Shown: positions 11,628-24,700 of the stretch, one piece after another
How the letters are laid out: the number at the start of each line of letters is the position of its first letter
Numbering within the stretch: the first letter of the stretch is position 1
From: Mytilus edulis
Lineage: Eukaryota
NCBI RefSeq assembly: GCF_963676685.1
Contig: NC_092345.1
Coordinates: forward strand, 104,470,001 to 104,534,000
DNA length: 64,000 nt
Direction of reading: 5' to 3'
Translations under genes and position numbers: made by a program
Notes under the pieces: model-generated
Seen by the model: the letters and a program-made list of their open reading frames with translations, nothing else
What the model was told of the DNA's origin: nothing
Database searches by the model: none

Positions 11628-14600
11628 ATGCCGACTTACGGGAAATTAGACTCTTTTGATGAATCCGAAGATTGGATACAATATGTAGAACGTATGGAAC
11701 ATTATTTTAATGCTAATGAGATAGACGAAGAAGACCAGAAAAGGGATATTTTCTTAAGTGTATGTGGGAAGAATACTTACAAATTAATAAGGGATTTATT
11801 AGCACCAGCAAAACCAGGAACGAAATCACTGGACGATTTAACAAAACTAGTGAAGGACCACCGAGATCCAGTACCATCAGAAATCATTCAGAGATTTAAA
11901 TTTAACAGTAGGACAAGACACAGCGATGAGTCAGTGAGGACATTTATTGCAGCACTAAGAAGTCTGACAGAACACTGTAATTATGGTGACACGTTAAACG
12001 CGATGTTACGTGACAGGTTAGTCGTCGGGATAAAGAGTGACCGCATACAGAGGAGACTTTTAGCAGAGCCGAATTTAACATTTGAAAAGGCATTGGAAAT
12101 TGCTACCGCTATGGAGACTGCAGAGAAGAATGCACAGGACATCCAAGCGAGTGGGACAAATGGAACATTTCAGAAACAAATCAACAAAGTTTCAAAATCA
12201 TATACAAGAAACAACTCTGGAAATTCGAAACAAGGAGATTGTTACCGTTGTGGAGGAAATCACTTAGCCGCTTAATGCAGGTTCAAGGATGCAAAATGCC
12301 ACAGTTGTAAAAAGAAAGGACATATCGCAAAGAAATGCCGTAACAAATCTGCCAATGGGAATTTAAGTGAAAATCACAGAGAGTTTAAATCACGTTTTAA
12401 ACCACGTGCTCATTTCATGGAGCAGGATGAAAGTAGTGAAAGTGAAAATGAAGTTTACTCAGTTTTTCATTTTGGAAATAAATCTAATGAGGCATACAAA
12501 GTGCAAATCAAAGTAAATGAATGTGAAATAGCCATGGAAATAGATACCGGAGCGTCAGTTTCTATCATGAGCGAGGATAATTACAAGGAATACAAGTCGA
12601 AATTCAGAATCGAACCGACAAGTGCTAAACTCCGAACATACATGGGAGAGCAGATTCCTGTAATAGGACGTTCAATCGTCAATGTCAATTACAAAAAGGA
12701 AAGCGCAAAATTACCGTTACTGATAGTGAAGCGTAAAGGTCCGAATTTACTTGGTCGAGACTGGTTGAACAAACTCCAACTGGATTGGAAGGATATTTTC
12801 TCCGTCGTTGGAAGTGATAATCAATCAAGTGATTTGAATGTGATCTTGGAAGCAAATAAGGAGGTTTTCAAAGATGAACTTGGAACTGTAAAAGGCATGA
12901 AAGCCAAGATTTATGTTGATGAGAGTGCCGTACCGAAATATTTCAAGGCTCGCCCTTTGCCGTATGCGTTGAAGGATAAAGTGGAGATGGAACTTGAACG
13001 TCTTGAGAAGGAGGGTCAGATTCAGCAAGTGGAATTTTCCGACTGGGCCGCTCCGATAGTACCTGTAGTTAAGGAGAACGGATCTATTAGAATTTGTGGT
13101 GACTACAAGGTAACCGTTAATGCCGTTTCAAAGTTGGATAATTACCCTAAAACAGAGGATTTATACGCAACGCTTGGAGGAGGACAAGAATATACAAAAT
13201 TGGATTTAAACCAAGCATATCAACAGATTGAACTTGATGAGGACAGTAAGAGGTATGTGACTATAAACACGCATAAGGGTTTATTCAGATACAATAGACT
13301 TCCGTATGGTGTAGCGTCCAGCCCAGGTTTTTTCCAAATAACACTTGAAAATGTTGTTCAAGGTATAGCCAATGTTTTGGTTCGAGTAGATGATATACTG
13401 ATAACGGGTAAAACAAGGGAGAAACATCTTAATACTCTTTCTGAGGTATTGTCTAGATTTAAGAGAATCGGAATTCGGTTAAAGAAACAGAAGTGTGTGT
13501 TCATGGCCGAAGAAGTTGTTTATTTGGGATTTAAAATAAACAAACACGGAATATATCCAGTGGAAAGTAAAGTTGAGGCGATCGATAAAGCACCAAGTCC
13601 GACAAACGTGACAGAACTGAAAGCTTATCTTGGAATGCTGAACTATTACAATAGATTCTTAGCGAATTTGTCTCACTTGTTAAAGCCGCTACATGTACTT
13701 CTACAGAAAGACACAAAATGGAGTTGGGAAAAAGAACAGGAAAAAGCGTTCATAGAGTCAAAACAGCTGTTGAAATCCGCATCAGTACTTGTACATTTTG
13801 ATCCGAAAAAGAAATTAATCTTAGCATGTGATGCATCTCCGTATGGATTAGGCGCCGTACTTTCGCATAAAATGGACGACGGCAGTGACAAACCAATAGC
13901 TTATACATCTCGAACACTTACATCAGCAGAGAAGAATTATTCCGTTCTTGAAAAGGAGAGTCTGGCCATAATATTTGGTATCAAGAAATTTCATCAATAT
14001 TTGTACGGACACCCCGTTACAATCATAACCGATCACAAGCCGCTCATGGGTTTATTTCGAGAAGATAAACCTATACCTACAATGGCCGCATCTCGAATTC
14101 AAAGGTGGGCACTGACTTTAGCTGCATATGAGTACACGATTGTATACAAAGAAGGAATGAAGAAAATCAAAGAAGGAACTATCCAGGAAAAGTTGAACCG
14201 TATTACGCCACAAACAACGACAGGACTGGCACCGTCAGAATTGCTAATGAAAAGGAAACTCAAGTCACGTCTAGATTTAGTTTTTCCAAATATCGAGAAG
14301 CGAGTTCAGGAGAGACAACAAAAACAGAAACATTATCACGATAAGAAATCTGTGAACAGACAAATTAATGTAGGACAGGGAGTATTTGCCCGAAATTTTG
14401 CAATTGGTTCAAAGATTAAATGGATTCCAGGAGAAGTTATAAAACAATCAGGACCACTTTCATTTCATATTAAATTGCAAGATGGACGTGTCATTCGTAG
14501 ACATATTGACCACATCAGAGTACGAAACTTCGATTGCAAAAACAACGAAAATGAAGAAAAATGTGACAATGACAGTGATTTGTTTGAGCCAGAAATAACT

Positions 14601-14735
14601 ATACCGATAAGTACTCCTGAGACCGAACAACCGCAAATCGAGAAACCGTCAAACATGACTGAACAAATGGAACCACGCTATCCGAAGAGAATAAGAAAAG
14701 AACCATCGCATTTAAAGGATTTTGTGTTGAAATAA
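11628..14735 (+). pseudogene. Gypsy gag-pol (Gag, 2 CCHC knuckles, protease, RT, RNase H, integrase remnant) with one in-frame stop and deletions
   Basis: ORFs 11622-12275 and 12417-14735 share one frame, split by TAA 12273-12275 inside the first knuckle. Motifs: IDTGAS (protease), RVDD (RT), CDAS/TDHKPL (RNase H). Integrase Zn finger and DDE core are missing. Confidence 0.93.
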
Positions 14736-15053
14736 ATGGTTGATTTATAAAGAGGCATAATAATCCTCACAACCGTTTGAAGTGCATTAAGTACTTCGCA
14801 GTGCATGTGTGTACATATCAATTAGTGTAAGAAATAACAACAAGACCAGTGCGAACATTTTTATTTTTATTTTCATAGTGGGACATTATAGTTTCAGTGC
14901 AGACAAACTTTAACGAATGAATCTTTGTGATCTGACATTTTTATTTGTTTTCAAACTGATATAGACTTATCAATCAGTAGCCGTGAAAAGACATTAATTT
15001 TCTGTAATTGAGTTAATTTGTTTTTAATTTGTTTTTATCTAAGGCCGGAGAAG

Positions 15054-15285
15054 TGTTATAAAGTTCACCTCACTTTATTACCGTATCATCTGTTACAGTA
15101 ATCATAATTGACAGATCAGCAACTCTCACATGTCTGCACATTCTTAAATAAACATGTAATTAAATAGATCAATTGAAGTTCTTATACACATGTTGTCATT
15201 CTGTAGTCTGACCATCAAACGATGTACTTGTTAATAAATTAGTTATAGAAACTGGATTGTATTATTACTTAGCAAAGATATTACA
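15054..15285 (+). repeat. 3' LTR
   Basis: Preceded by a polypurine tract; identical to the 5' LTR except taatTata vs taatCata. Confidence 0.95.
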
Positions 15286-16358
15286 CATGGAATATGAATT
15301 TAACGCTGTTTATATTTGTACTCTTTTAAGTGAAGCCCCACATACGTGTCCATGTATCCCTGGACACAAAATGCATGCCAACTATATTTTGCACTGAAAA
15401 TAGGACATATCTAATTCTTTCAACAGTTTACTCCTCAATTCATCTTGCTTTTGTAAAGCAACTAATTCCCATATGCTATATGTAAAGCTTAATGTGCAAG
15501 GATGATGATATTGATTACATAATTGATTGTCAGAAAAAAAAAAATATTTGGAAAAAGTAAAATCACAAAAATACTGAACCCAGAGGAACACTCATAACGG
15601 AAAGTTCTTAATCAAATGGCAAAATCAAAACCTCAAATAACAACTGTCATGTTCCTAACTTGGCACAGGCATTGTCTTATGTAGAAAATTGTAGATTATG
15701 AATATGACCTACCAAACTAGACTATTTACCAAGTTTGTAATAAAATGAGCAACACGACGGGTGCAATATGTGGGGAAGGATCTGCTTACCCTTACAGAGC
15801 ACCTGATGTGTCTTGTGTAGTGTTATTTGTCTATTTTTATTTTTCGTTTTTAGCCATGGCATTGTCAGTTTTTTTATCTATGAGTTTGAATGTCACTCTG
15901 GTATCTTTCACGAATCTCTTAGTCCTTGTTTTATAGCTGGCTTAACCTCTCACTTGTATGACAATTGATCAATTTCAATTATATTGACAAGGATGTGTGA
16001 ACAAAGCAAACAGACATTATAGGTAAAAATGTCAAAAATCATTAGAAAAATCTGGCTCTAACTTGACTGCAATCATCATTATGGCTTCCTGATTAAAATT
16101 TGTTTTGATCATATCTGACTGTGGCTTAAAAAATTATAAGAGTTTCCACAGAACAGTTTTTTATATTCTTCAAATGCTTTTTCATAAGCTCAATATATTC
16201 TGCTAAAAAAATAAGTTTCATAAAAAAATTGGAAAAAATGTTTTCAAAACTTTGCTCTGGAAGGTCTTTTTATCATGAAAAATCTTGTTCCAAAGATTCA
16301 TAAAATTCAAAATTTAATGTTTAAAACTCTTTAACCACAGACTGAAACTAAATTTTGA

Positions 16359-17428
16359 CACAAGCATGAACACCGAACATTGACCAATGAAGCACCAAAA
16401 TTAGGTCAAGGTCAGATGATACCTGCTAGACAGACATATACAGCTTATAATTACAATCCTTCTGTACAACAAATATAGTTGACCTATTGCTTATAGTTTG
16501 GGGGGAGGGGGTAACACAAAAACTTAACACTTGGCACTGAACCGTGAAAATGAGGTCAAGGTCAAATAAAACCTGCAAGACTGACATGTACATCATAAAC
16601 TATTTCCATACACTAAATCTATAGTTAACCTATTGCATATTGATTTAGAGAAAAAGCCCAAAACTAACTTTGACCACTGAACCATGAAAATGAAGCCAAA
16701 GTCGGATAACATCTGCCAGTTGGACATGTACACCTTACAATCATTCCATACACCAATAAAATTGAGAATGGAAATGGAGAATGTGTCAAAGAGACAACAA
16801 CCCGACCATAGAGCAGACAACAGCAGAAGGTCACCAACAGGTCTTCAATGCAGCGAGAAATTCCCACACCCAGAGGCGTCCTTCAGCTGGCCCCAAAAAA
16901 AATATATATACTAGTTCAGTGATAATGAACACCTTACTAAACTCCAAATTGTATACAAGAAACTAAAAGTTAAAATAATACAAGACTTACAAAGGCCAGA
17001 GGCTCCTGACTTGGGACAGGCGTTAAAATGCGGCGGGGTTAAACATGTTTATGAGATCTCAACCCTCCAAATATATTAGACCTATTACTTATAGTATCTG
17101 AGATATGGACTTGACCACCAAAACTTTACCTTGTTCACTGATCTATGAAATGAAGTCGAGGTCAAGTGAAAACTGTATGATGGACACGAGGACCATGCAA
17201 GGTACTCACATACCAAATATAGTTATCCTATTACTCATAAGAGAGAAACTAACAATACAAAAAATCTTCAACTTTTTTAAATAGTCACTGAATCATGAAA
17301 ATGAGGTCAAGGACAATGGTCATGTGACAGACAGAAACTTCAAGGTCTTCCACCTTTTAAAATAAAAAGCCGGATAACTACCCCTATGTCAAGCTTTTTG
17401 CGACAAAGAGTCGCATGCTTGACTAAAA
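16359..17428 (+). mobile_element. Degenerate HINE-like element with internal repeats, interrupted by an interspersed repeat
   Basis: Recurrent cactgaaccatgaaaatgaggtcaagg motif (16535, 16676, 17137, 17287); 3' hairpin gcgacaaagagtcgc. Confidence 0.55.
16756..17068 (+). repeat. Abundant interspersed (SINE-like) repeat; other copies at 22058-22180 and 45729-45985
   Basis: Shared aattgagaatggaaatgg..aatgtgtcaaagagacaacaacccgaccataga...ggtcttcaatgcagc in three copies. Confidence 0.8.
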
Positions 17429-18776
17429 TCCGTAAACCAAGATCTACATAAGAGTCAACATAATTAAAAGTGTCCATGGTTTCCATTTTCCACAAGAGTA
17501 AATTTCTATAATTTATGCTTAAATGATGATTTTTATGACCAAACCGCTAGGCGAGGTGGGCATTTGGTGTTACCCTTGGATGTCTGTCCAATCAACTAAC
17601 TTTTGTTTCCCCACTCTTTCCTCATCCAAATTTTATGATACTGTCTTACTTTTCAGGTAGTACTTGAAATTGTTGATACCACTCAATTACAGTAATATGT
17701 GTGAATTCTTTTCCTTTTCTTCTGTCTTTTGGAAATGATGTTGTTTGTCTTGCTTTCTATTTATAGGTCTTGATAGCCCTCACATCTAATACTACTTTAA
17801 ACCCATAAAGTGACAAAAATAGCTCGCTAGTATTATAAAGTCGTGCACGTTAACCATCCAAAAACTTCAACTCTCCCATGTTCAGTACATGTCTTTCTCT
17901 TTACAGATAAAATTTTGATGCAGTGTAATTTGATTAATTTGTCAATATTAACCAGATTAATTACTAAAGCAATTCTAGAAAGTGTAAAGGTGCCTAAAAT
18001 TTGTGGACTTGTTATGTTGGCTTCTTGTCTCATTGACATATACCTTATATTCAAGTGACTGAATTGTTATATATTGATATTTTAAATGATTTATTCCATT
18101 TTTAGACAAGAACATTTATTAATATAACTTAAATAGCAATATTCTAAAATAAGCAATTGGGTCTCCATCAACTTTTATCAAAGTATTTTATTTCAATGTT
18201 CACCAAGTCATAACAAAATCTTATACTAGCCATGTATGCTAAAAAGTAAACAGTTTATAGACTTACAAAAATGTCAATGATACGAAACGCTGACACTGTT
18301 ATTTTAAGACAACAATTGTCATAAATCTAACTCATCACTAAGAAGTTGTAAACCACAAATCTTTTGTAGGGTTAACACAAAATAAATGACATACAAAAAG
18401 GGTGAAACACACTTACATATTCTACCAGAGATCAGAATTATTCACTCAAATTTCTATGGAGAATTTCTAAACATATAAATGTTCATTGTGGCAAACCAGG
18501 ATTAACTGGACAAATAGATGATGACAACTCGTTTCATCAGACGATTTTTTTCTTCTAATTCTACACAAGTTCAACAAACAAAAGTAGATAAAACATAAAA
18601 AATTCAGATAAACACACATCTATCCTTCAAATACACTATTGTTCAAAGACTATACAACATTACATTTGATACATGGTTATGGGTTTTCATTTGATAGTAT
18701 GCTTGACAACTATAAGCTGCTCTTGTGTCTTATTTTATTCACTTGGATGTTTCTGTGAAAGTGTATAGTGGTGTTG

Positions 18777-18789
18777 TCACAGCTTTTCT
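18777..18789 (-). CDS. HMG20A: HMG20 last coding exon (G)EKL*
   Basis: ttctttttcag acceptor, phase 2 matches the preceding exon, TGA; 3' UTR follows. Confidence 0.65.
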
Positions 18790-21700
18790 CTGAAAAAGAA
18801 ACATTTAAAATAACAATATACTCTTATAAAATTCTGAAAATAATAGTCATGTGCATTATCAAGTTTAATAAATTACTAAAAATGCATGAAATATTTGCCA
18901 CTGGACAGTTAACAAGCAATAACCAAGCCTTACATTTTGTTGTCAATGAGAATAAAACATTATTTCTGTATGATACACAAAAAAAAGCTTTTCATGAAAA
19001 AACAGTGTAGAGATATTCAATATCTAATTCATTCATTGATAATAGTTTATGCTATGATAAGGATACATTAATTATGAAGGTCATTTTAAACAAAACTGGC
19101 ATGAGTAAAAATTTAAAAAAAAAAATTGAGAAAAGTTAATATTCTGACAATGTCAATGATAAATATTAAAAATGTTTTTCTGCCTAGTAGTCCAAAAAGC
19201 ATGGAGATATAGGTTATACATGGTATTAGAGTTGTGTAAAACATGACATGAAAATTATGTGTTGTAAGTGTTTCTCATTTCTACATCTTTTAGTGAAGAA
19301 AACAGAAACAGAAACTTTAATGGTTGACTGGAGTGTTACAAATCTATCATAAGTCCAATAAGAAAATAGCTTGAAATATTATTATATGACTAAATTTTCC
19401 GTTTTCTTATTGGCTAAAAGCATAGGAAATCCTTTTTAATAAATAAAAATTATATTCACCAAGGCAAAAATCACAAGAGGTTAATAAAAGATTTGGAACA
19501 GCGTCTGTGTACCCAAATATAGATTTTCCCAGGCAATGACAATGACGTAGGTTTATGACTTCAAGTAAATTTCTGGGTTTTTTTGGTTTTTTTCTTGTTT
19601 TCGGTGTATTTTTCTTTACTTCTTGTTTTTGATTTTTTGTTTTTAGTAAACTTTTTTTTTTTAAATTTCGACTTGTGAACATTAACGTCGCGTGCTTTTA
19701 CCTGCACTATTTTGGTAAAAAAACGATTGATGTACAATTGGTTTTGGTTAATAATTGCCATTACATACATTTCTCTCGGAATATGGAATAAAACAATTAC
19801 TGTCTTTTGTTTCGGTAAATATGTGGTTTAATTGACTTTTGAAAAACTGATATTCACTTCGGCCGTTGGCCTCAGTGAATATCAGTTTTTCAAAAGTCAA
19901 TAAAACTACACATTTACCTCATCAAAAGACAGTAATTGTAAAGTATCAACCTCATCAAAAGTCAATAATTGTATATTGGCTTGTGTTTTGTTTCTTTGCA
20001 TTGATTTTTTTTCGGCAAAAAATCTTTTTTTATTTAATGAGATTGAATGTATACTTTGTTTTGTAAAGTTGTGATTCAACTGTAGTAATGTATCTTTCAA
20101 GTGCAAACTCTGAAGGGATAAATGACAAATAAAACAAACAAGTAAAACTGTGAGCTACTGCTCACTAATGATACCCCCGCTGAAATATTTCGATACACAG
20201 GAAGTTGTCAAGTGATGAATCTGAAAACGCATCACAAGGTATAACTGACTTATATAAACCCTGAAACCAAATTTCAGAAATCCTTGTCAAGTAGTTCCTG
20301 AGAAAAATGTGACGAAAATTTTAAACTTGGCTATTATTGGTAAAATGATATAAGTGTTCAGTAAACAGGAAGTTGTCAAGTGATGAATATGGAAATGCAT
20401 CACACAGTATAACCGACTTATATAAACCCAGAAACCAAATTTTAGAAATCCTTGTCTAGTAGTTCCTGAGAAAAATGTGACGAAAATTTTCAACTTGGCT
20501 ATTATGCGTAAAATGATACAAATGTTCGGTAAAAAGGAAGTTGTCAAGTGATGAATCTGAAAACGCGTCACACTGTATAACTGACTTTTATAAACCCTAA
20601 AACCAAATTTCCGAAACCCTTGTCAAGTAGTTCCTGAGAAAAATGCGACGCAAATATTCATGGGACGGACGGACGGACGGACGGATGGATGGATGGATGG
20701 ATGGATGGATGGATGGACAGACAGACAGAGGTAAAACAGTATACCCCCCTTTTTTCAAAGCGGGGGTATAATGATTTTCTAACTATTAAGGATGATGATT
20801 GATGGTCATTTAACATTCTCTAAGAAAGTATATCAGTCACTTAATAAACCTAAGCTTACCCATCTAAATTAAGACGATTAACAATATCTCTTATAGTTAT
20901 TATAAGACTTTGATGTTCTTGTGGACTTTCTACTATTATGTTATGTAGTTTGGCCATGTAGGAATCAACAGTTTCTACTGATGGAAGCTCATTTGAACCT
21001 GAAAATAGAAATGATAAATTATTTCATGAAGTTCATTTTTTTATTGGTTACTTTTTTTTTAATGGATTGTTTTTACTTAGAGATTTAATTTCATGTCTTA
21101 CATATAAAGATAACAAGATTTTGTATGATTGCTAATTTTTTATGAATAATATTAATTAATCTAACCAAATGCATTTTTTCCAAAAATGTCACAATAAAAT
21201 GTTTAATGTTAGCCACATTATTACCTCACTTGTAACTGTATTGTATGCCATAAACAGCAATAGGTATCTTTTGAATACTTATATGACATGATTTTTTATA
21301 ACAAATCCATTTTGATTAGTATAAAAGGATAAGAAATTATAATATTCTTTTGTAAACAGAAGTATAAAACATATCAATTTTATAACATTAGAATGACATA
21401 AATACCTGGTATTGGAATGGCAGCAAAATGTGTAGATAACGTTGACCGTAATGAATCAAGATGTTGTGTTAATGCACAATTAGAACTTCTTTGTTGTACA
21501 GCATCTATTTCTAACTTATCAATGGCTTGCTTCATATTCTCTATATGTTTACTGAGGATGGCATTTTGTTCCTCTAGTTCTGTGGCCTGTTTTCTAAACT
21601 GTCGTAGTTCTCCTTCTCTTGCTAAAATTGGACAAAATTTTATTTATTACTTAACAAATCATATTTACAAATACAGCTGAACATGTCAGTGTTTTATGAA

Positions 21701-24700
21701 AATAGCTGTACCCATAAACAAGTTCTATAAATTTGTAATGGATGCATTGATCTGTTTCATTTATAAAAGAAATACTGAATTTGTCACAAATTAAATGAAG
21801 ATCGAAATGATCATGGCATCTTGTGCTCTTGTAGGATATTCCTATTGGTTCTGGCTTTACTGTCTTGTGTAGTTTTGGCCTCGACCTGAAAATCATTAAG
21901 GATCCTATTGTCATTGTATTACCATATACATTAAAGTAAGTTTGCAAAAAATATAAAATGATTCATGTAGCAAAAGGGAAATCAAATTGATTAATGAACT
22001 GAGAGATTGACTGAATAACAGATGGACTGATACACAATACATTTTTATAACCCTTCTAAAATTGAAAATGGAAATGGGGAATGTGTCAAAGAGACAACAA
22101 CCCGACCATAGAACAGGCAACAGCAGAAGGTAACCAACAGGTCTTCAATGCAGCAAAAAATTCCCACACCCGAGGCGTCTTTACTTTGTTATGTGTGGTA
22201 TTTTTTAAATGAATAAATAAATTAAATGAAGCTTGGCAGGAATTGTTTGTTTACCTACATTTATTATAGTCAAGAAAATCCTCTGTAAATATTGGGATAT
22301 CAAATGTTCCTGGCTCTGTTTCATCTTTAATCTATAAAAAAAAAAAACATTCTTAGTATAAAAAAGCTGTACTTTTATTAGGTTCCAATGAGCCAACTAG
22401 CCATTTTTGCTGAGAAACTTATTTTAGAGTTAAACTTTGAACAGCAACACAACAATTATATCCTTGTATACCAATACTGTATTCATCATCAAATCCTTGT
22501 ATACCAATACTGTATTCATCATCAAATCCTTGTATACCAATACTGTATTCATCATCAAATCCTTGTATACCAATACTGTATTCATCATCAAATCCTTGTA
22601 TACCAATACTGTATTCATCATCAAATCAAATCTCGATATACTGTATTTAGACAAAAACTCTAATGGTCCATTGTTTGCCAGTGCCAATCCAATTAACATC
22701 TGAAAACATTCTTACAGACTTGGCAAGTGTCAAATACTTGTTATATATATTTTTTTCTGTCATACAGCCAAGGCATTACCATGGTACAGAGAAAATATGC
22801 AATTATGTAACAGCTCTAGTCACAGTCTTGTTACATTAAATAAAATGTTGTTTATTATATTGGTGACAAATATAGATGCATAAACAATCTGTCATGTGAT
22901 CTAGCTCTCTGTTTACTTAAAGTGAATTATAAATTTTTGTATTAAAATTAATTTAAGATTTTCAACAAAATTTGCAAAATATTTAGATTGGTATTCTCCA
23001 TAATTAACCCTCACCTCGACTGTATTGTTGTAACTATCATCACTGACATCCTCTGTAATATAAACAAACATATTTATACACTATAACTTGGTTACTGTAA
23101 TGTCACAATATTTTTTCACTAAGTACAAAGTACCTTAATTACTTTGAATGGCTCACATGATCTTGCTGGTCAATATATCATAATACAATTCCTTTATAAA
23201 ACTAAGTATTTACAACAAATATCAAACTCTTCTAAAGCATTTCAGTACAATGTTCTCTATTTTGCTTTTGGTAGCTTCAGGAAACCTTTGTCAAGTCAAT
23301 TATTTTTCAGATTCAGACAGCTACACGTACTGGTGTTTTCTTAAGGATTTAAATTTTTATTAAATTTAATGAAATGATTTTTTTTTATGAGGATGGCACG
23401 ATTTAACTTTTTAAGTAGTATTCTTTTTAAAAGGTATGAAAACCACATATTTTCCTAGCCCCAACTGAACTTGTTTCTGATTTTGAACTTCCTACTTTTG
23501 AAAAATATGGAATTTCCATACCATTGAAGATTGCTGGTGGATTAAGAACTAGGCTAAATTCAGTACTCACCTTTTTTTTAACTTCTTGTTTGGCAAAAAT
23601 ATTGCAGTAAATATACTGCAGATGGTCATCTATGGTGTGAAATGATTTTAAGGAGAGACAGAAATTTTAAAGAATTTACATGACTAAACCATAGTTGCTT
23701 ACATCAGATAGTTGAAAACATTGCATTACTGTAAAAGTACCTTTCATTCTTTTCTCTCTAAGTATTTTGAATTGTTTAAATGCTTCTGTTTTCTGATATG
23801 CCTCCATTTCTTTCCAGTATCTTTCTTTGTCTTTTTCTGCTTCATCAAGGTATCTCTGAAAAAAATTGAGGAATTTAGTTTTTTTGTTCATATTTTCATA
23901 TAAAGGAGAGAATACTACATTTATAAACATATTTTTTCCCATTTGAAAAACTACTACACATTTACAGCTTAAGATTTTGAAAGGTCATATAAATTGTTTT
24001 ACCAAAACATTCAATTAAGCTTTGAAATTTTACTCTTCTATTAAGGGAAACCAACAATATTTTTGACTTAATATATAAGGTAATCATTATGTCATGTATG
24101 TGTTTTTTTCAGTTGTTATCATCAATAAGTATTTTTCTTCAATGGTGATCAGATGTTATCAACCCAACAAATGCCAAAGGTCATGTTTAGGAATCTGTGT
24201 CAGATGTTCAGACTTATCAACCCAACAAATGCCAAAGGTCATGTTTAGGAATCTGTGTCAGATGTTCAGACTTATCAACCCAACAAATGCCAAAGGTCAT
24301 GTTTAGGAATCTGTGTCAGATGTTATCAACCCAACAAATGCCAAAGGTCATGTTTAGGAATCTGTGTCAGATGTTCAGACTTATCAACCCAACAAATGCC
24401 AAAGGTCATGTTTAGGAATCTGTGTCAGATGTTATCAACCCAACAAATGCCAAAGGTCATGTTTAGGAATCTGTGTCAGATGTTCAGACTCCTTATTTTT
24501 TTTAAACTATGATACAGGGTTAAATATTTTGCCCCATAACACTCAATTTTCTTTTCATGTCAAGCTTCAATTGCTCATATCAGGTCATTACCAAATTTAA
24601 ACAGATTCTATATTTTCTTCTTTTCGATTTGAGACTCAAATAATACCAATGCAAACATTAGATAAAAGTCCAAGTCAGCCTTATGCTTTTAGCTTCATTT

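Larger units (their letters stand above)
11336..15285 (+). mobile_element. Ty3/Gypsy (Mag-clade-like) LTR retrotransposon, internally deleted
   Basis: 232-bp LTRs at 11336-11567 and 15054-15285 (TG..CA, one visible mismatch); PBS tggcgacgagg at 11573; PPT aaggccggagaag; flanks aatgg / catgg. Confidence 0.96.
10874..15383. mobile_element. ~550-bp MITE split by the Gypsy insertion
   Basis: TIR agttatcatgcattttgtgtcc (10874) / ggacacaaaatgcatgccaact (to 15383) flanks the LTR element. Confidence 0.65.

Noticed and set aside
12082-14656. Short alternative-frame and antisense ORFs inside the Gypsy element (likewise inside the LINEs and opposite exons, e.g. 21417-21680, 51311-51556)
   Set aside because: Shadow ORFs of real coding frames with no independent evidence.
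22388-22703. Repeat-peptide ORFs ([11 protein letters not shown])n and overlapping frames
   Set aside because: By-products of a 33-bp intronic minisatellite that is open in several frames; no splice or homology support.
24094-24600. Cys-rich repeat ORFs ([16 protein letters not shown])
   Set aside because: They arise from a 58/50-bp minisatellite whose unit lengths shift the frame; intronic and antisense to HMG20.
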